Part shown: positions 19,025 through 29,170 of the stretch, piece by piece
How positions within the stretch are numbered: position 1 is the stretch's first letter
Layout of the letters: each line of letters starts with the position of its first letter
Sequence record: PP408249.1
Length of the DNA stretch: 64,000 nucleotides
Strand: one strand, 5' to 3'
Notes under the pieces: model-generated
Databases searched by the model: none
Seen by the model: only the letters and a program-made list of their open reading frames with translations
What the model was told of the DNA's origin: nothing
Translations under genes and position numbers: made by a program

Positions 19025-20115
19025 TATTTTTTACCGTATATTTCGTTGAGTTTATCTTCGTTTAGATTTACTCTGGCTTTTACTGCTTTAGATAGTGCTT
19101 GTTTTTCTGGTGCTGTAGTACAATCATTATTTGTAACAATGTTTGTGTTATCAATGAATGTATCTAATAGCATATTTACAGGAGTCCATTTTCTCCTAGC
19201 ATCATCTTCTATTTTTATATAGCGATTTCCTACTTTTCTAAATAATCTGTCTGGCTTGAAGTCTGTTCTTAAAAAGAATTCTCCCTCTTGCATATCATCT
19301 GGAAATTCTGTACCAGACCCTTTTAGTTTGTATGCATTTGGCGGCACACCAGTTCCAGTCCATAATAATAATTCGAACGAACCGTCTTCTTTTTCTGCCA
19401 TCCAGAGATGTGCAGCATCCGACCATGTAGGATCGAACATAACATTTTTTCTTGCTTCTTCTATTATACCGTCTGTTATGTCCTGATATTTGTCGTCGTT
19501 TGTTATAGGGCATTTATTATCATCATAACATCCGGCAGGACCTATTTCTTCTCCGTTGGGACCTATTGCTGTTCCGTCTGTTCCTATAATATCTTCGTAT
19601 TCTTGACCGCCTTTTAGTTGTTGAGCTTTTACTCTCCATAAATGAGACCACCAGCCCGGACCATATCCTTCTGCAGAATGGGTAGCATCTTGAATTACAT
19701 AATATCTATTTAATATAGGATCGTTAATATCTAGTGTATCGGGATCTCTTAAATGCGGTAATTCTAAGACATCGCCGGACATTAATTTTCTACCTATTTG
19801 ATTTAGCATAGAATTATAATGAAATGTTATGAAAATGGTATCGTTTGTTAAAAATATACCGAACTGTGATAAATCGAATTCAGAATTTTGCGGCTGATAA
19901 CACCCCCTTAAGTCAAACAAACTACTATCATATTTTCTATTTCTATTTTCTAAAAATAAAATATCTTCTATTGTAGTTTCGTCGCCTTTACCTGTCCCTA
20001 CATATTTGTGAACTATAATTCCAGTACCGCCCATTTCGACAAAATCTTTTACAGTTCTGTCTACGAAACTATAGTCTTTTCCTTTGTTAGGATTCCAAAG
20101 TGATAACCGTGCCAT
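19024..20115 (-). CDS. gp14: Neck protein
   Basis: DLSQFGIFL.ND, GRKLMSGDVLELPHL; late promoter complement at 20135-20142. Confidence 0.8.
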   Translation of the reverse strand: MARLSLWNPNKGKDYSFVDRTVKDFVEMGGTGIIVHKYVGTGKGDETTIEDILFLENRNRKYDSSLFDLRGCYQPQNSEFDLSQFGIFLTNDTIFITFHYNSMLNQIGRKLMSGDVLELPHLRDPDTLDINDPILNRYYVIQDATHSAEGYGPGWWSHLWRVKAQQLKGGQEYEDIIGTDGTAIGPNGEEIGPAGCYDDNKCPITNDDKYQDITDGIIEEARKNVMFDPTWSDAAHLWMAEKEDGSFELLLWTGTGVPPNAYKLKGSGTEFPDDMQEGEFFLRTDFKPDRLFRKVGNRYIKIEDDARRKWTPVNMLLDTFIDNTNIVTNNDCTTAPEKQALSKAVKARVNLNEDKLNEIYGKK

Positions 20116-20169
20116 ATAAACTCCTAGTTATAGGTATTTATCTGATAAAATAAACAAAAATATCTCAAT

Positions 20170-20198
20170 AAAAAAGCAACCTTAGGTTGCTTTTTTTT
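20170..20198. terminator. Intrinsic terminator
   Basis: AAAAAAGCAACC-TTA-GGTTGCTTTTTT. Confidence 0.75.
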
Positions 20199-20679
20199 CT
20201 CTTTGCTTTTTTCTTAAATCGTTGTATTTTTTTTCATAATTAACCGATAGTTCGGGGAATTCTATTTTTAATAAATCTTGTGCTTTTTTTATTTTAGAAA
20301 AATCTATTTTTTCTGGTAAGTCTCGTAAAATATCTTTATCTTTTTCTATAATAGATAATATATCGGGGTTAGTTATATACTTAACTGCTTCTCTGTCGAG
20401 GGAAGCCAAAACCATATTTCTTTCAGTTCTTATATTTTTTAATGTTTTATTTGCAGCAGAATCTAAATCTATTACTACTTTAGTTGGATTTTGTATTTTA
20501 TCAAATTTTAATGAATCGAAAAATTGTTGTTCTAATGTGTCGGGAAGTTTATCGTATATAACATATTGGGTATTTTCATTAAATATACCCAGCGTATATA
20601 ATTCTTCTGTAGATTTGTCTGTTATTAATTTAGCAACCCTTGTTTCGTCGATAGGGTTTGTATAAAAGATGGTTTTCAT
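20182..20679 (-). CDS. Putative tail-fibre assembly chaperone
   Basis: Follows fibre genes; IRTERN..LA.LD...LRDLP motif. Confidence 0.55.
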   Translation of the reverse strand: MKTIFYTNPIDETRVAKLITDKSTEELYTLGIFNENTQYVIYDKLPDTLEQQFFDSLKFDKIQNPTKVVIDLDSAANKTLKNIRTERNMVLASLDREAVKYITNPDILSIIEKDKDILRDLPEKIDFSKIKKAQDLLKIEFPELSVNYEKKYNDLRKKQREKKAT

Positions 20680-20692
20680 GTGTATCTATCCT

Positions 20693-22228
20693 TTAGTAGT
20701 ATATTACAAGTGAGAAGAACGGTGCATCGAAATAATCTTCGCCGAATCTGTTAGTCCAACCCGATGGATTGTAATTTATTATGTGATCTGCTTTTGTTAT
20801 TTTACAGTTAACATCAAAATATGTGGTAGTTTTTGTTGTTACCCATTGTTCAGTTATATTTAGTTGATTATTCCATACCATTGCATCGGCGTTTCCTAAT
20901 ACAACTACATAATTTGTATCTGGCGCAGGCACAGATAGATATACTCTATAGCGACCTGATGCTAATTTACTAACTGTTAAATTCCAGGAATCTAGTCTAC
21001 TGCCAGTAGGACCGGACCAAGATATCCATCCTTTTGATTTTTTTATTAAAGTGTTATATCCGGCCCATTCATTTAATGCTTGCGCCGGAGTAAATCTCAT
21101 AGTATTGTTTGAATTACTTCTTACAAAACCTATTTTGCTATTTCTAGTAAATTGATCACTAGTATTGTTGCCCGTAGACCTTAACAATCTACCAATGATG
21201 GCACCTGAGGAATCTCGTTCTACTACAGTGCCCGGAGTAGCAAGTGTAGAGTTTATTCTACCGTCTAATGCAGCAGAATCTGATGCTTTACCGTTAACAG
21301 GAAGAGCCCCTATTTGTGCAGGCGTCGGTCTATATCCCAAATGAAATACTTGATTATTGCCAATGTATAGTTGATTTGGAGATAATCTATATTGTAATGC
21401 CAGAACAGGAGCTGTATTAAGTGAGCCTCTATTATACAGTTTAATAAAAACAGATGACGTACTAAGAGTAGTATTATTTAATTCTAATATAGTAGCTGAT
21501 GAATTGTTAGTAGCTATTGTATTATTAATAGATAGACCGTTAGAAATACCCCTAGATTCTAAGTATGATTTTCCTGATCTAAACGACATTAATCCGTCGG
21601 ATGGTGTTACATTGATGGCTGCATTTGCTACAGGAGCAGCAACCTTCATAAATTTTGCAGCAGGTATTCCGTTTAAATTATTCGAGTTTGCTGCTTTATC
21701 TGTTTTCTTTAGAAATAAAGCATCTGCTTCTGCTTTAGTGTAAGTAACATCCTTGCCGAAAACACCTAAATTTGTTCTAGCAGAACTTGCGTTCAATACG
21801 TCTGCAAAATTTTTAGATATATCGAATATAGGGTAATTTTCTAATTTATCTAGTTTTACTGAATATTTGTCTACTAAGTGAGGGTTATTATAGTTAGTAA
21901 TATGAGCCCATACTGCATCTTCTTCGAATTTAGTAATAGGAACCCAGTTATTTATATTTGTACTATCTAATCCATTTGGTCCAGGGAATATGTACATTTG
22001 CCTTGTATTTTCTTTCCACCATAACTGCCCTGTTACGGCAGATACAGGCGGAAGATGATATGAGAAATTATTTAGTATATTAATTAAATTCTCACCGACA
22101 TCTTGTACATATGATTTTACATAAGTTCCTGTGAATACTAATGAAGTTTCTGTATTTTTTTTTAAATCTTTGACTAAATATCCGCCGTCGATTAATCTAT
22201 ATCGATAATGTTTTACTCTGTAATTCAT
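20693..22228 (-). CDS. Tail fibre paralog 3
   Basis: NF...P....GQLW, H....NPH.V.K, SARTNL modules; C-terminal GWI.W...L.V.KL..G.YRV. Confidence 0.75.
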   Translation of the reverse strand: MNYRVKHYRYRLIDGGYLVKDLKKNTETSLVFTGTYVKSYVQDVGENLINILNNFSYHLPPVSAVTGQLWWKENTRQMYIFPGPNGLDSTNINNWVPITKFEEDAVWAHITNYNNPHLVDKYSVKLDKLENYPIFDISKNFADVLNASSARTNLGVFGKDVTYTKAEADALFLKKTDKAANSNNLNGIPAAKFMKVAAPVANAAINVTPSDGLMSFRSGKSYLESRGISNGLSINNTIATNNSSATILELNNTTLSTSSVFIKLYNRGSLNTAPVLALQYRLSPNQLYIGNNQVFHLGYRPTPAQIGALPVNGKASDSAALDGRINSTLATPGTVVERDSSGAIIGRLLRSTGNNTSDQFTRNSKIGFVRSNSNNTMRFTPAQALNEWAGYNTLIKKSKGWISWSGPTGSRLDSWNLTVSKLASGRYRVYLSVPAPDTNYVVVLGNADAMVWNNQLNITEQWVTTKTTTYFDVNCKITKADHIINYNPSGWTNRFGEDYFDAPFFSLVIYY

Positions 22229-22229
22229 A

Positions 22230-23828
22230 TTAGAAGAACCATGTAAATGTTATGTTGTTAGCGTCTGCATATACATTAGTAAACGAATCTAAAGAATAGT
22301 TATTATAATTAATATTGTATGTTCTGAAGAATTCTAAATCTGTATAAGTAGTGCTTCTTAAATATACCAATGATGAATTGTAGCTAAGTCTCCCAGTGCC
22401 AGCAGCCATACCGGTAGATATTTGACCGTCACTAGTAACTCCTACAAACGGAACAACAGAACCCGCAGCAGGCGTAGAAAATGAATTGTAATATATTCTA
22501 TATTTCCCTGTACCTAGTTTAGTTAGTGTACAGTTGTGTGACTTATAAGTAGAACCTGTTATTCCGTTAAATTGTATCCAAGCTTTAACTACACCTTTCG
22601 GTTCGTTAGCCCTAAACCATGACTGGAATGAAGAGACATTTGCTCGTCTAACATAGTTATCGCTTGTATTTGAATTTCTAAATAGAATTAAATTTCCTGT
22701 TTCTATATTTTCGTCTGGATTAGAAACTTGAATGTGTCTAACATGTACATCTCCTGCACCATCTCTTAATACAACTGCATTGTCATTTGGACTGCTAGAT
22801 TGATACATGCCATTTAATAATAATGTATTGACAGCCTTTCCGTTTAGTGGAAGTGAACCGACAGCAGCGTTAGACGGTATTCTTCCTGTATGATACATTT
22901 CACTAGGATTAGTATCGTAGTCTATTATTAAATTAGTTTTTGTAAATCTATATGATTTTACTGGTTGTGCTGTTTGATTGTTTGCAGTAGCACGATTAAA
23001 TAAAACCATAGTAACTATAGGATCACTATTATCGTTAATAAACGATAACATAGCACCAGTATCGTTTGCAGATGCAATTCTTCCGTCTGACCTTATTCCG
23101 GACAACAAATCTATATTTCCTGCACCTGTGTTAACTACTATAGAACCTTTAGAGTTATTATACGTTAACGCAGTATTAGTGATTATACTGGTTGTATCAA
23201 ATGTTCTATAAACAACAGGGTTGTCTACAAGGACAAAATCAGCACTAGTTAAGCCATCTAATCTGTCAGTATTATTTACTGTACCACCTTTTGTCATAAA
23301 AAGATTGTTTACAGTAGTTTTATTGTAAGTTTCTGAAGTCCCGTATACTTCTAAATTAGATCGGCATATAGATGCATCTAATACATCTGCAAGATTTAAT
23401 GTTTTATTAAATGTGTAAACATTAGGAACATTTCCCAATCCCACTTGTTCTTTTGTTGTCTCGTGGGGATCGTTAATACCTGTTCTTGATTCGTGATCTG
23501 TTAGCTCATTTAAAATAGTAGATCCTAGATTTTTCCAATCAGAAGAAACAGACGTAGGTTTATCATTACTTATGTAAACTTTAACACTTTTTTCATCTGG
23601 ATTAAACCATAATTGACCTTCTATCGGATTTAACGGAGCAATAGTATGACTAAAATTTTCCATCTTCCATAGCATATTTTGGAAGAACTGACTTTTGTAA
23701 GATTCATTATACGATCCTATTAGTCCAATAGAAGAGTACGTATTGTCTATTTGTATATCGTTAACGGTTTTATTTGGTTTAGAAGAGCCGCCGTTGACAG
23801 ATGAATAACGTTTAATAGTGTAAGGCAT
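22230..23828 (-). CDS. Tail fibre paralog 2
   Basis: Same modules (MENF...GQLWF, DPHETTKEQVGL, KAWIQFNG...TKLGTGKYR). Confidence 0.75.
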   Translation of the reverse strand: MPYTIKRYSSVNGGSSKPNKTVNDIQIDNTYSSIGLIGSYNESYKSQFFQNMLWKMENFSHTIAPLNPIEGQLWFNPDEKSVKVYISNDKPTSVSSDWKNLGSTILNELTDHESRTGINDPHETTKEQVGLGNVPNVYTFNKTLNLADVLDASICRSNLEVYGTSETYNKTTVNNLFMTKGGTVNNTDRLDGLTSADFVLVDNPVVYRTFDTTSIITNTALTYNNSKGSIVVNTGAGNIDLLSGIRSDGRIASANDTGAMLSFINDNSDPIVTMVLFNRATANNQTAQPVKSYRFTKTNLIIDYDTNPSEMYHTGRIPSNAAVGSLPLNGKAVNTLLLNGMYQSSSPNDNAVVLRDGAGDVHVRHIQVSNPDENIETGNLILFRNSNTSDNYVRRANVSSFQSWFRANEPKGVVKAWIQFNGITGSTYKSHNCTLTKLGTGKYRIYYNSFSTPAAGSVVPFVGVTSDGQISTGMAAGTGRLSYNSSLVYLRSTTYTDLEFFRTYNINYNNYSLDSFTNVYADANNITFTWFF

Positions 23829-26203
23829 TATAGATTTACCCAGGATGAAAAATATACTTGTAATGATGCTAATCCCGGATCGTCATATTCCCTTGAATAA
23901 TCTTGATAACCGGTTCCGTCGTTGTTATTAAAATTACTGTTTAATGTACTAGCAACGTCAAAGTATGATAATGTTTTGTTATAGCAATATATAGACACTG
24001 CTCTAAATGCTTTAGAATAGTTAACAACATCTCCCTCTATGGCACCTACGTGCCCCTCTGACATACATTGTGTCATAACAACATAATTTGTATTTGTTGG
24101 ACGCAAAGTAGTAAAATAGAATCTATATAATCCTGTTCCTAATTTTGTTATAGATAAGTTTAAAGTGTTTATTACAAAGAAGGAACCGCCCGTAAGGTTT
24201 GTGTCTGAGAATGATGCCAGACCTTTTGGCATATCTATTTCTACTTTCCAGTCATATCCTAAATAAGTTACTAATTGGTCCCTGCTAGCAAAACGAACAT
24301 AATTGTCATTGGTATTATTGTTTCTAAATGTTACTTGGGCATTCACTGACATAGGGTCTGCATTAGTGTATGTCATACTAAATGAAGATGCAGATAGATA
24401 CCCGCCGTTTGCATCAGGAAGATTAGAAGGTGTATATCTTACTGCTATTGTGTTGGCACCCGGACTAGTTGAATTTATTTTACCGTTAAGTAAATATGAA
24501 TCTACAGCAGTACCGTTCCACGCCAATGCTCCTACTTCGGCAGCGGTCGGTGGCCGTCTGTCGTGGAATGCTAAATTACCAGAACCTATATATAGATTGT
24601 CTGCTTTAAATGATATGATACTATTTGCTACTAATGGTGTATTTATTGCACCAGTATTATAGAAGACAAACTGTATTCCGTTATCTAATGTATTGTTAGT
24701 AACCATATTCATACTAACAGCAGTAGTATTATTTTGAGAATGAATATCTGTAACAGTACCGCCTAGTATTAGACTAGTTCCGTAATTGGGTTTATATGCT
24801 AATCTGAAACTATTATCATTCATTACTATTACATCTCCTGATGTAACAGATGAAGTTATAGACGAAGTAACAAACGGTGTTTGTTTTTTAACGTAAGCTG
24901 TGCTATCTAACCCGCCTAGTAATTCTGAATCTGGAGAAGAACTATTTGATTTATCTACGAATAGATTATTATATTCTTGGGAATTGTATGTTTCGTTTTT
25001 ACCATATATAGATAAATTATTTCTAGCGGCTGCCTTATTTAAAACATCTGCTAGGTTCAGTGTTTTATCGAATGTATTTACGTTATCTACTAACCCTAGA
25101 CCTATCTGTTCTTTTGTAACTTGATGAGGGTCGTTTTTATCATTAATGTGAGCACTAAGTAAATCTAATGTGCCCTGAGTTAATGGATGCCATTTTGCTA
25201 GATTTGTAAATTCACCGGGTTCTCCTACATATACATAAAATGATCCTTGTGTCCCGGGTCCCTCTGTTTTATACCATAGTTGTCCTTTTATAGCATTTTG
25301 GGGAGGAGAAGAACTAGCAAAGTTTTCTACCATCCATATCATGGATTCACTAAATGCTTTTTCGTAACCTGCTGAATTATATCCTGGCATAGATATAGAA
25401 AGTAAGTTAGAAGAAATATAGTTATCAGGTACATTTAATCCTGGAATCTTGTTATAGCACTTTGCAGAAAAAGATAATACCTCGAAAGTACATAAATCCT
25501 GATTACCCGATACAAACCCAAATAATGCAGATGTTTTAAAATCAGTTAGTGTATCATCGTTTAGATCTATAGTAAACGCCGAGTTATCTAATATTACGTT
25601 AGAATTCCAGTCGGAACACTTAGCTGTTATTTTATTATTTTCTCTAATTACATTAATAATTGTATATCTATTTGACCAACCGAGATACCCTGTAGATGAT
25701 GTAGAAGTAGCCCCAGCAGGACTATTAATTCCTATTGTTTTACTAGAAAGAATCGTTCTAGTTTTATTGTTATCTAAAATTAGTTCCCAATTCCTTCCGG
25801 ATCCGCTGCTAGATGTGTTACCCAATGACCGGACAGCAGATATATATTTTCCTTTTTGTCCAGCAACACACAAACCTAACCTGTTATTTCTTATAGAACT
25901 ACTAGATATTTTTATTGTAATATTAAAATCACTAACTTGATCCATGTATAACGCATAGCTATATAACGATGCTGCATTAGTTGATATAGGATCAGGAGTT
26001 CTTGTGTAAGAAAGAATAGAAGTAGCTGACCACCCCGCAGTGACGCCGCCTATTGCTTTTCCTTCCCATGCATCATACAAGTTAACTGATGTAGCTTTTG
26101 ACCAATCGGAAACAACTTCTTGGTAACTAGGAAAAGAAGTTAGTTCTCTATTTTGGTAATAATTATTTGATAAACGTAATTCGTAACCCATGACAATGCT
26201 CAA
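23828..26203 (-). CDS. Tail fibre paralog 1 with extra N-terminal beta-rich domain
   Basis: Same modules after ~250 extra residues; late promoter complement at 26216-26223. Confidence 0.75.
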   Translation of the reverse strand: MSIVMGYELRLSNNYYQNRELTSFPSYQEVVSDWSKATSVNLYDAWEGKAIGGVTAGWSATSILSYTRTPDPISTNAASLYSYALYMDQVSDFNITIKISSSSIRNNRLGLCVAGQKGKYISAVRSLGNTSSSGSGRNWELILDNNKTRTILSSKTIGINSPAGATSTSSTGYLGWSNRYTIINVIRENNKITAKCSDWNSNVILDNSAFTIDLNDDTLTDFKTSALFGFVSGNQDLCTFEVLSFSAKCYNKIPGLNVPDNYISSNLLSISMPGYNSAGYEKAFSESMIWMVENFASSSPPQNAIKGQLWYKTEGPGTQGSFYVYVGEPGEFTNLAKWHPLTQGTLDLLSAHINDKNDPHQVTKEQIGLGLVDNVNTFDKTLNLADVLNKAAARNNLSIYGKNETYNSQEYNNLFVDKSNSSSPDSELLGGLDSTAYVKKQTPFVTSSITSSVTSGDVIVMNDNSFRLAYKPNYGTSLILGGTVTDIHSQNNTTAVSMNMVTNNTLDNGIQFVFYNTGAINTPLVANSIISFKADNLYIGSGNLAFHDRRPPTAAEVGALAWNGTAVDSYLLNGKINSTSPGANTIAVRYTPSNLPDANGGYLSASSFSMTYTNADPMSVNAQVTFRNNNTNDNYVRFASRDQLVTYLGYDWKVEIDMPKGLASFSDTNLTGGSFFVINTLNLSITKLGTGLYRFYFTTLRPTNTNYVVMTQCMSEGHVGAIEGDVVNYSKAFRAVSIYCYNKTLSYFDVASTLNSNFNNNDGTGYQDYSREYDDPGLASLQVYFSSWVNL

Positions 26204-26286
26204 TATTCTTTATGATATTTATCATAGTAATTTTAGGTAAATTTATGAAATTATATTTATTTTCTTTTATAAAACATAAAATATAG

Positions 26287-26315
26287 TTGTTTAATTTAAC
26301 TAGGTGTAATATAAT
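26287..26315 (+). promoter_or_regulatory. Sigma70-type promoter
   Basis: TTGTTT-17-TATAAT; next plausible + ORF starts ~470 nt downstream. Confidence 0.55.
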
Positions 26316-26321
26316 TTGTAG

Positions 26322-26590
26322 TGTATGCAATGCATTTGCATATATACCAAGCACTGTATGGTGAGTTGCATACAGCGATGGGCAATCGTAGTGCCGACAT
26401 TGATCTAGTATGATCTGAAATAGGTCCCTTACGCCGAGGTAAGGCTATCTGGCACGGATAGTAGTGGATGTGTATGTTCGAAATAACGATATCATATTTT
26501 AGACATACGCCGCCATCAGCATTTTTAGTTTGCAACTGCTGATATCTTTAAGTTTTGTTGATGGCCGGGGGTGGTGCCCAGTGCATTTTT
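26322..26590 (+). ncRNA. Candidate structured non-coding RNA, family unknown
   Basis: GC-rich island with at least 6 stems and two loop-distal complementarities, flanked by promoter and T tract. Confidence 0.55.
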
Positions 26591-26786
26591 ATTGTAGAGT
26601 TAATGTGTAAAAGAAATAAATGTGATTAAAGACGAGGTTCTTTTCTAAAACTGTTTCTAAAAGTAATTGCGTTAAAACCTTGGGTTTAATTAATGTATTA
26701 TATATGCTATATAATTAGCCCTACATAAACATGTATGTTTAACTTGTTTAGTTAACAATAAAATATGCAAATTAAGGAATTAACTG

Positions 26787-26954
26787 ATGACTAAATTTAA
26801 TAAAAAATCGTTAGATACATATGAAGATAGAGAAGATTATAGAGATGAAGAAACCGGTGACAGGTTAAATAATAAGAAATCTGAACCTAAAAAAAATAAT
26901 ACTGATTATAAGCCGTTTGGTAAAATTACCAACCGCTATAATAATGATAATTAA
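26787..26954 (+). CDS. Small charged hypothetical protein (55 aa, below track cutoff)
   Basis: AAGGA RBS; MTKFNKKSLDTYEDREDYRDEE... Confidence 0.55.
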   Translation: MTKFNKKSLDTYEDREDYRDEETGDRLNNKKSEPKKNNTDYKPFGKITNRYNNDN

Positions 26955-26982
26955 ATAGTAAATATTATTATCATTTACTACG

Positions 26983-27402
26983 GTGATAATAATGATAGAA
27001 ACTATTTTAACTTCGAGAGTATTTGCTTATGTAGTTTGCATAGGTATAATATCGTTAGCAATAACGCTCTCATATCAAAAATATCAAAAGCTTATTAGTG
27101 TAAATAAATCTCTTGAACAATCTATAGAAACGTTAACTAATGATAATAATTCATTGCAGTTAACTATTTCTGAACAAAATAAAAAGATTGAAACATATAT
27201 TCAACTTAGATTATATGAAGAATCTATAGCCAAACAAAAAGCAGAATCACATGCTGCTTTAGAAAAACAATTACAAGATACTAAATCTCAGTTAAATGAA
27301 TTAATAGAACGTAGAAAGAATGAGGCACCAAATGATCAAAGTGTGTTATGCTCTACTGTCAGGATTGATCCTGCTTTACGCAACTGGATGCTCGCAAACT
27401 AA
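26983..27402 (+). CDS. Inner-membrane spanin (Rz-like)
   Basis: N-terminal TM helix, coiled-coil, C-terminal Cys, overlapped by lipoprotein gene. Confidence 0.7.
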   Translation: MIIMIETILTSRVFAYVVCIGIISLAITLSYQKYQKLISVNKSLEQSIETLTNDNNSLQLTISEQNKKIETYIQLRLYEESIAKQKAESHAALEKQLQDTKSQLNELIERRKNEAPNDQSVLCSTVRIDPALRNWMLAN

Positions 27403-27649
27403 ACCAGTTAAATCTGTAGTGATAGAAAAGGAAATAGTTCCTGTTCTTCCGCCAGATTCTCTTATAGTATATTGTTACGAAAATGAAAATCCCGATACGT
27501 ATGGCGAAACGGTAGGTTCGGTTAAAAAACTAAAATCTATAATTAAAAATTCTTGTAATAAAAATATGAAAGATATAGAACTTTGGAAATCTGAAGTTAA
27601 AAAACTATATCCTACTGCGAATGACTTAGAAATAAAAAAGCAGCCTTAA
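27320..27649 (+). CDS. Outer-membrane lipoprotein spanin (Rz1-like)
   Basis: Lipobox LLYATGC, Pro-rich PVLPPDSL, overlap in other frame; start may be 27332. Confidence 0.7.
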   Translation: MRHQMIKVCYALLSGLILLYATGCSQTKPVKSVVIEKEIVPVLPPDSLIVYCYENENPDTYGETVGSVKKLKSIIKNSCNKNMKDIELWKSEVKKLYPTANDLEIKKQP

Positions 27650-27660
27650 GCTGCTTTTTT
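27634..27660. terminator. Bidirectional terminator
   Basis: AAAAAAGCAGC/GCTGCTTTTTT between convergent lysis genes. Confidence 0.8.
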
Positions 27661-27909
27661 ATTGTCCGAGTCACATGGGTTTATTTTATCTTTTATATTC
27701 TGTTTTATATAACTTCCTGCAATACCTAGTATACTAAACAAACATACTAATCCTATAAATACGTGAGTTTCTATCAAAGAACTAAATCCAATAATTGCCG
27801 GAACACCGTATTGTGCAATAGCCATTAATAAATTCACTACATGGAAAATATAAGAATATCTTTTATATATTTTAGTCCAATTATCTGTTAATTTAAGTTT
27901 CCTAAACAT
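27646..27909 (-). CDS. Putative holin
   Basis: 87 aa, two hydrophobic segments, KL.DNW..YK.YS N-terminus, overlaps endolysin stop. Confidence 0.6.
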   Translation of the reverse strand: MFRKLKLTDNWTKIYKRYSYIFHVVNLLMAIAQYGVPAIIGFSSLIETHVFIGLVCLFSILGIAGSYIKQNIKDKINPCDSDNKKAA

Positions 27910-28403
27910 ACATTCCTCTCTTCAGTTCTTCGTTTTACTAATCCTTTTAAAACAACTCCTCCTGCTTTAGTCCATTTTAGCAATTCGTTGCATGCTCCTA
28001 CTTTATCGCCTGCATTTAATTTTCTAAGCATTGTGGATTGATTTCCATTTTTTAATGTGACAAATCCGTCTTTAACCCCTTTTTTCCCCGGTCCTACGTT
28101 ATATAAGAACGAAAGAAATGCAGCATGTTCGTATGGCGTTAATTCTACCTTTACTACATTTGTTAAGATTTTATTATGTTCTAAAAGATCTTTTGCTAAT
28201 TGATCCAAACATTGGTCGTCTGTAAATTGTTGTCCTTTTTTTAGCTCAGGTCCGGTGTGACCGTAGCAAGATGTTAAAATTCCTACCGGATCTACATATA
28301 CCTCGTTTACTTTACCTTCAAACGGAGCCAATAATGCTCCTCCTAGTGCAATTGCACCGGATAATCCCATTGCAATTAATTTTTTTCTAATATTATTATC
28401 CAT
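27888..28403 (-). CDS. GH24 lysozyme endolysin with SAR-like N-terminus
   Basis: Gly/Ala-rich LIAMGLSGAIALGGALL then FEG...YVDPVGILTSCYGHT (E-D-T triad), GLVKRR. Confidence 0.9.
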   Translation of the reverse strand: MDNNIRKKLIAMGLSGAIALGGALLAPFEGKVNEVYVDPVGILTSCYGHTGPELKKGQQFTDDQCLDQLAKDLLEHNKILTNVVKVELTPYEHAAFLSFLYNVGPGKKGVKDGFVTLKNGNQSTMLRKLNAGDKVGACNELLKWTKAGGVVLKGLVKRRTEERNVCLGNLN

Positions 28404-28524
28404 ACTAAACCTTTATAAAATAAAACGTGTTAACATATATGTCAACTATATGTATAACGGCAGCTTTGCAATAGTAGCATTATGCTATATACTGTTTTTT
28501 ATAACATAAACCGTTGGAGTATAT

Positions 28525-28956
28525 ATGACACTTATTTCCCAAATAAAAGCAGATCAACTTTCTGCTCGTAAATGTAAAAATAAAATAGCTACATCTCTCC
28601 TTACTACACTACTTTCAGAAGCATCTCAACCCGGCATAAATGACGGAAAGAGAGAATCTACAGATAACGAAGTAATAAGTGTAATTAATTCGTTTATCAA
28701 GAATAACAAAATAGCACAAGAAAATGCTAGCAAAGATATTCTTTGCGTATTACAAGAAGAATTAGCTATCTTAGTTTCTTATCTACCCGAACAATATACA
28801 AAAGATAAATTAACTGAGATTATATCTAAATATATAAATAATAATCCTGATTTTACTATTTCGTCTGTTATGCAGTATTTACGACAAAATCATTCAGGAA
28901 AATATGAAGGTAGAATGGCAAAAGAAATAATCGATACTTGTATGTACGGAGTTTAG
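28525..28956 (+). CDS. GatB/YqeY domain protein
   Basis: IK.D...A.K......L.TLL.E...K....TD.EVI.VI...E..IL..YLP.Q. Confidence 0.8.
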   Translation: MTLISQIKADQLSARKCKNKIATSLLTTLLSEASQPGINDGKRESTDNEVISVINSFIKNNKIAQENASKDILCVLQEELAILVSYLPEQYTKDKLTEIISKYINNNPDFTISSVMQYLRQNHSGKYEGRMAKEIIDTCMYGV

Positions 28957-28957
28957 T

Positions 28958-29170
28958 GTGAAAATTTTAGAAATGGCAGAATCTAGTTGGATAGAATTTG
29001 TAGAAAGAAAAGACAATGATGTTATATTGCAGACAAAGTCTGGATATACATATCTTATAAAACGAGTTCCAGATGACGTGTGGCTTGAATGGAATATAGC
29101 TCCTTCTGCAGGGGCGTATTTTGTTGCAAATATAAGAAACAAATATCAAATTAATAAAGTTGTAGGATAA
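28958..29170 (+). CDS. KTSC-domain protein
   Basis: SS.I......L....SG..Y....VP...W......PSAG.YF..NIR..Y. Confidence 0.7.
   Translation: MKILEMAESSWIEFVERKDNDVILQTKSGYTYLIKRVPDDVWLEWNIAPSAGAYFVANIRNKYQINKVVG

Noticed and set aside
13593-26203. Diversity-generating retroelement acting on the fibres
   Set aside because: No reverse transcriptase and no template/variable repeat pair with adenine-specific mismatches in this window
26470-26490. tRNA suggested by GTTCGAA
   Set aside because: No G-C closed T-arm, acceptor stem or anticodon arm in the right spacing
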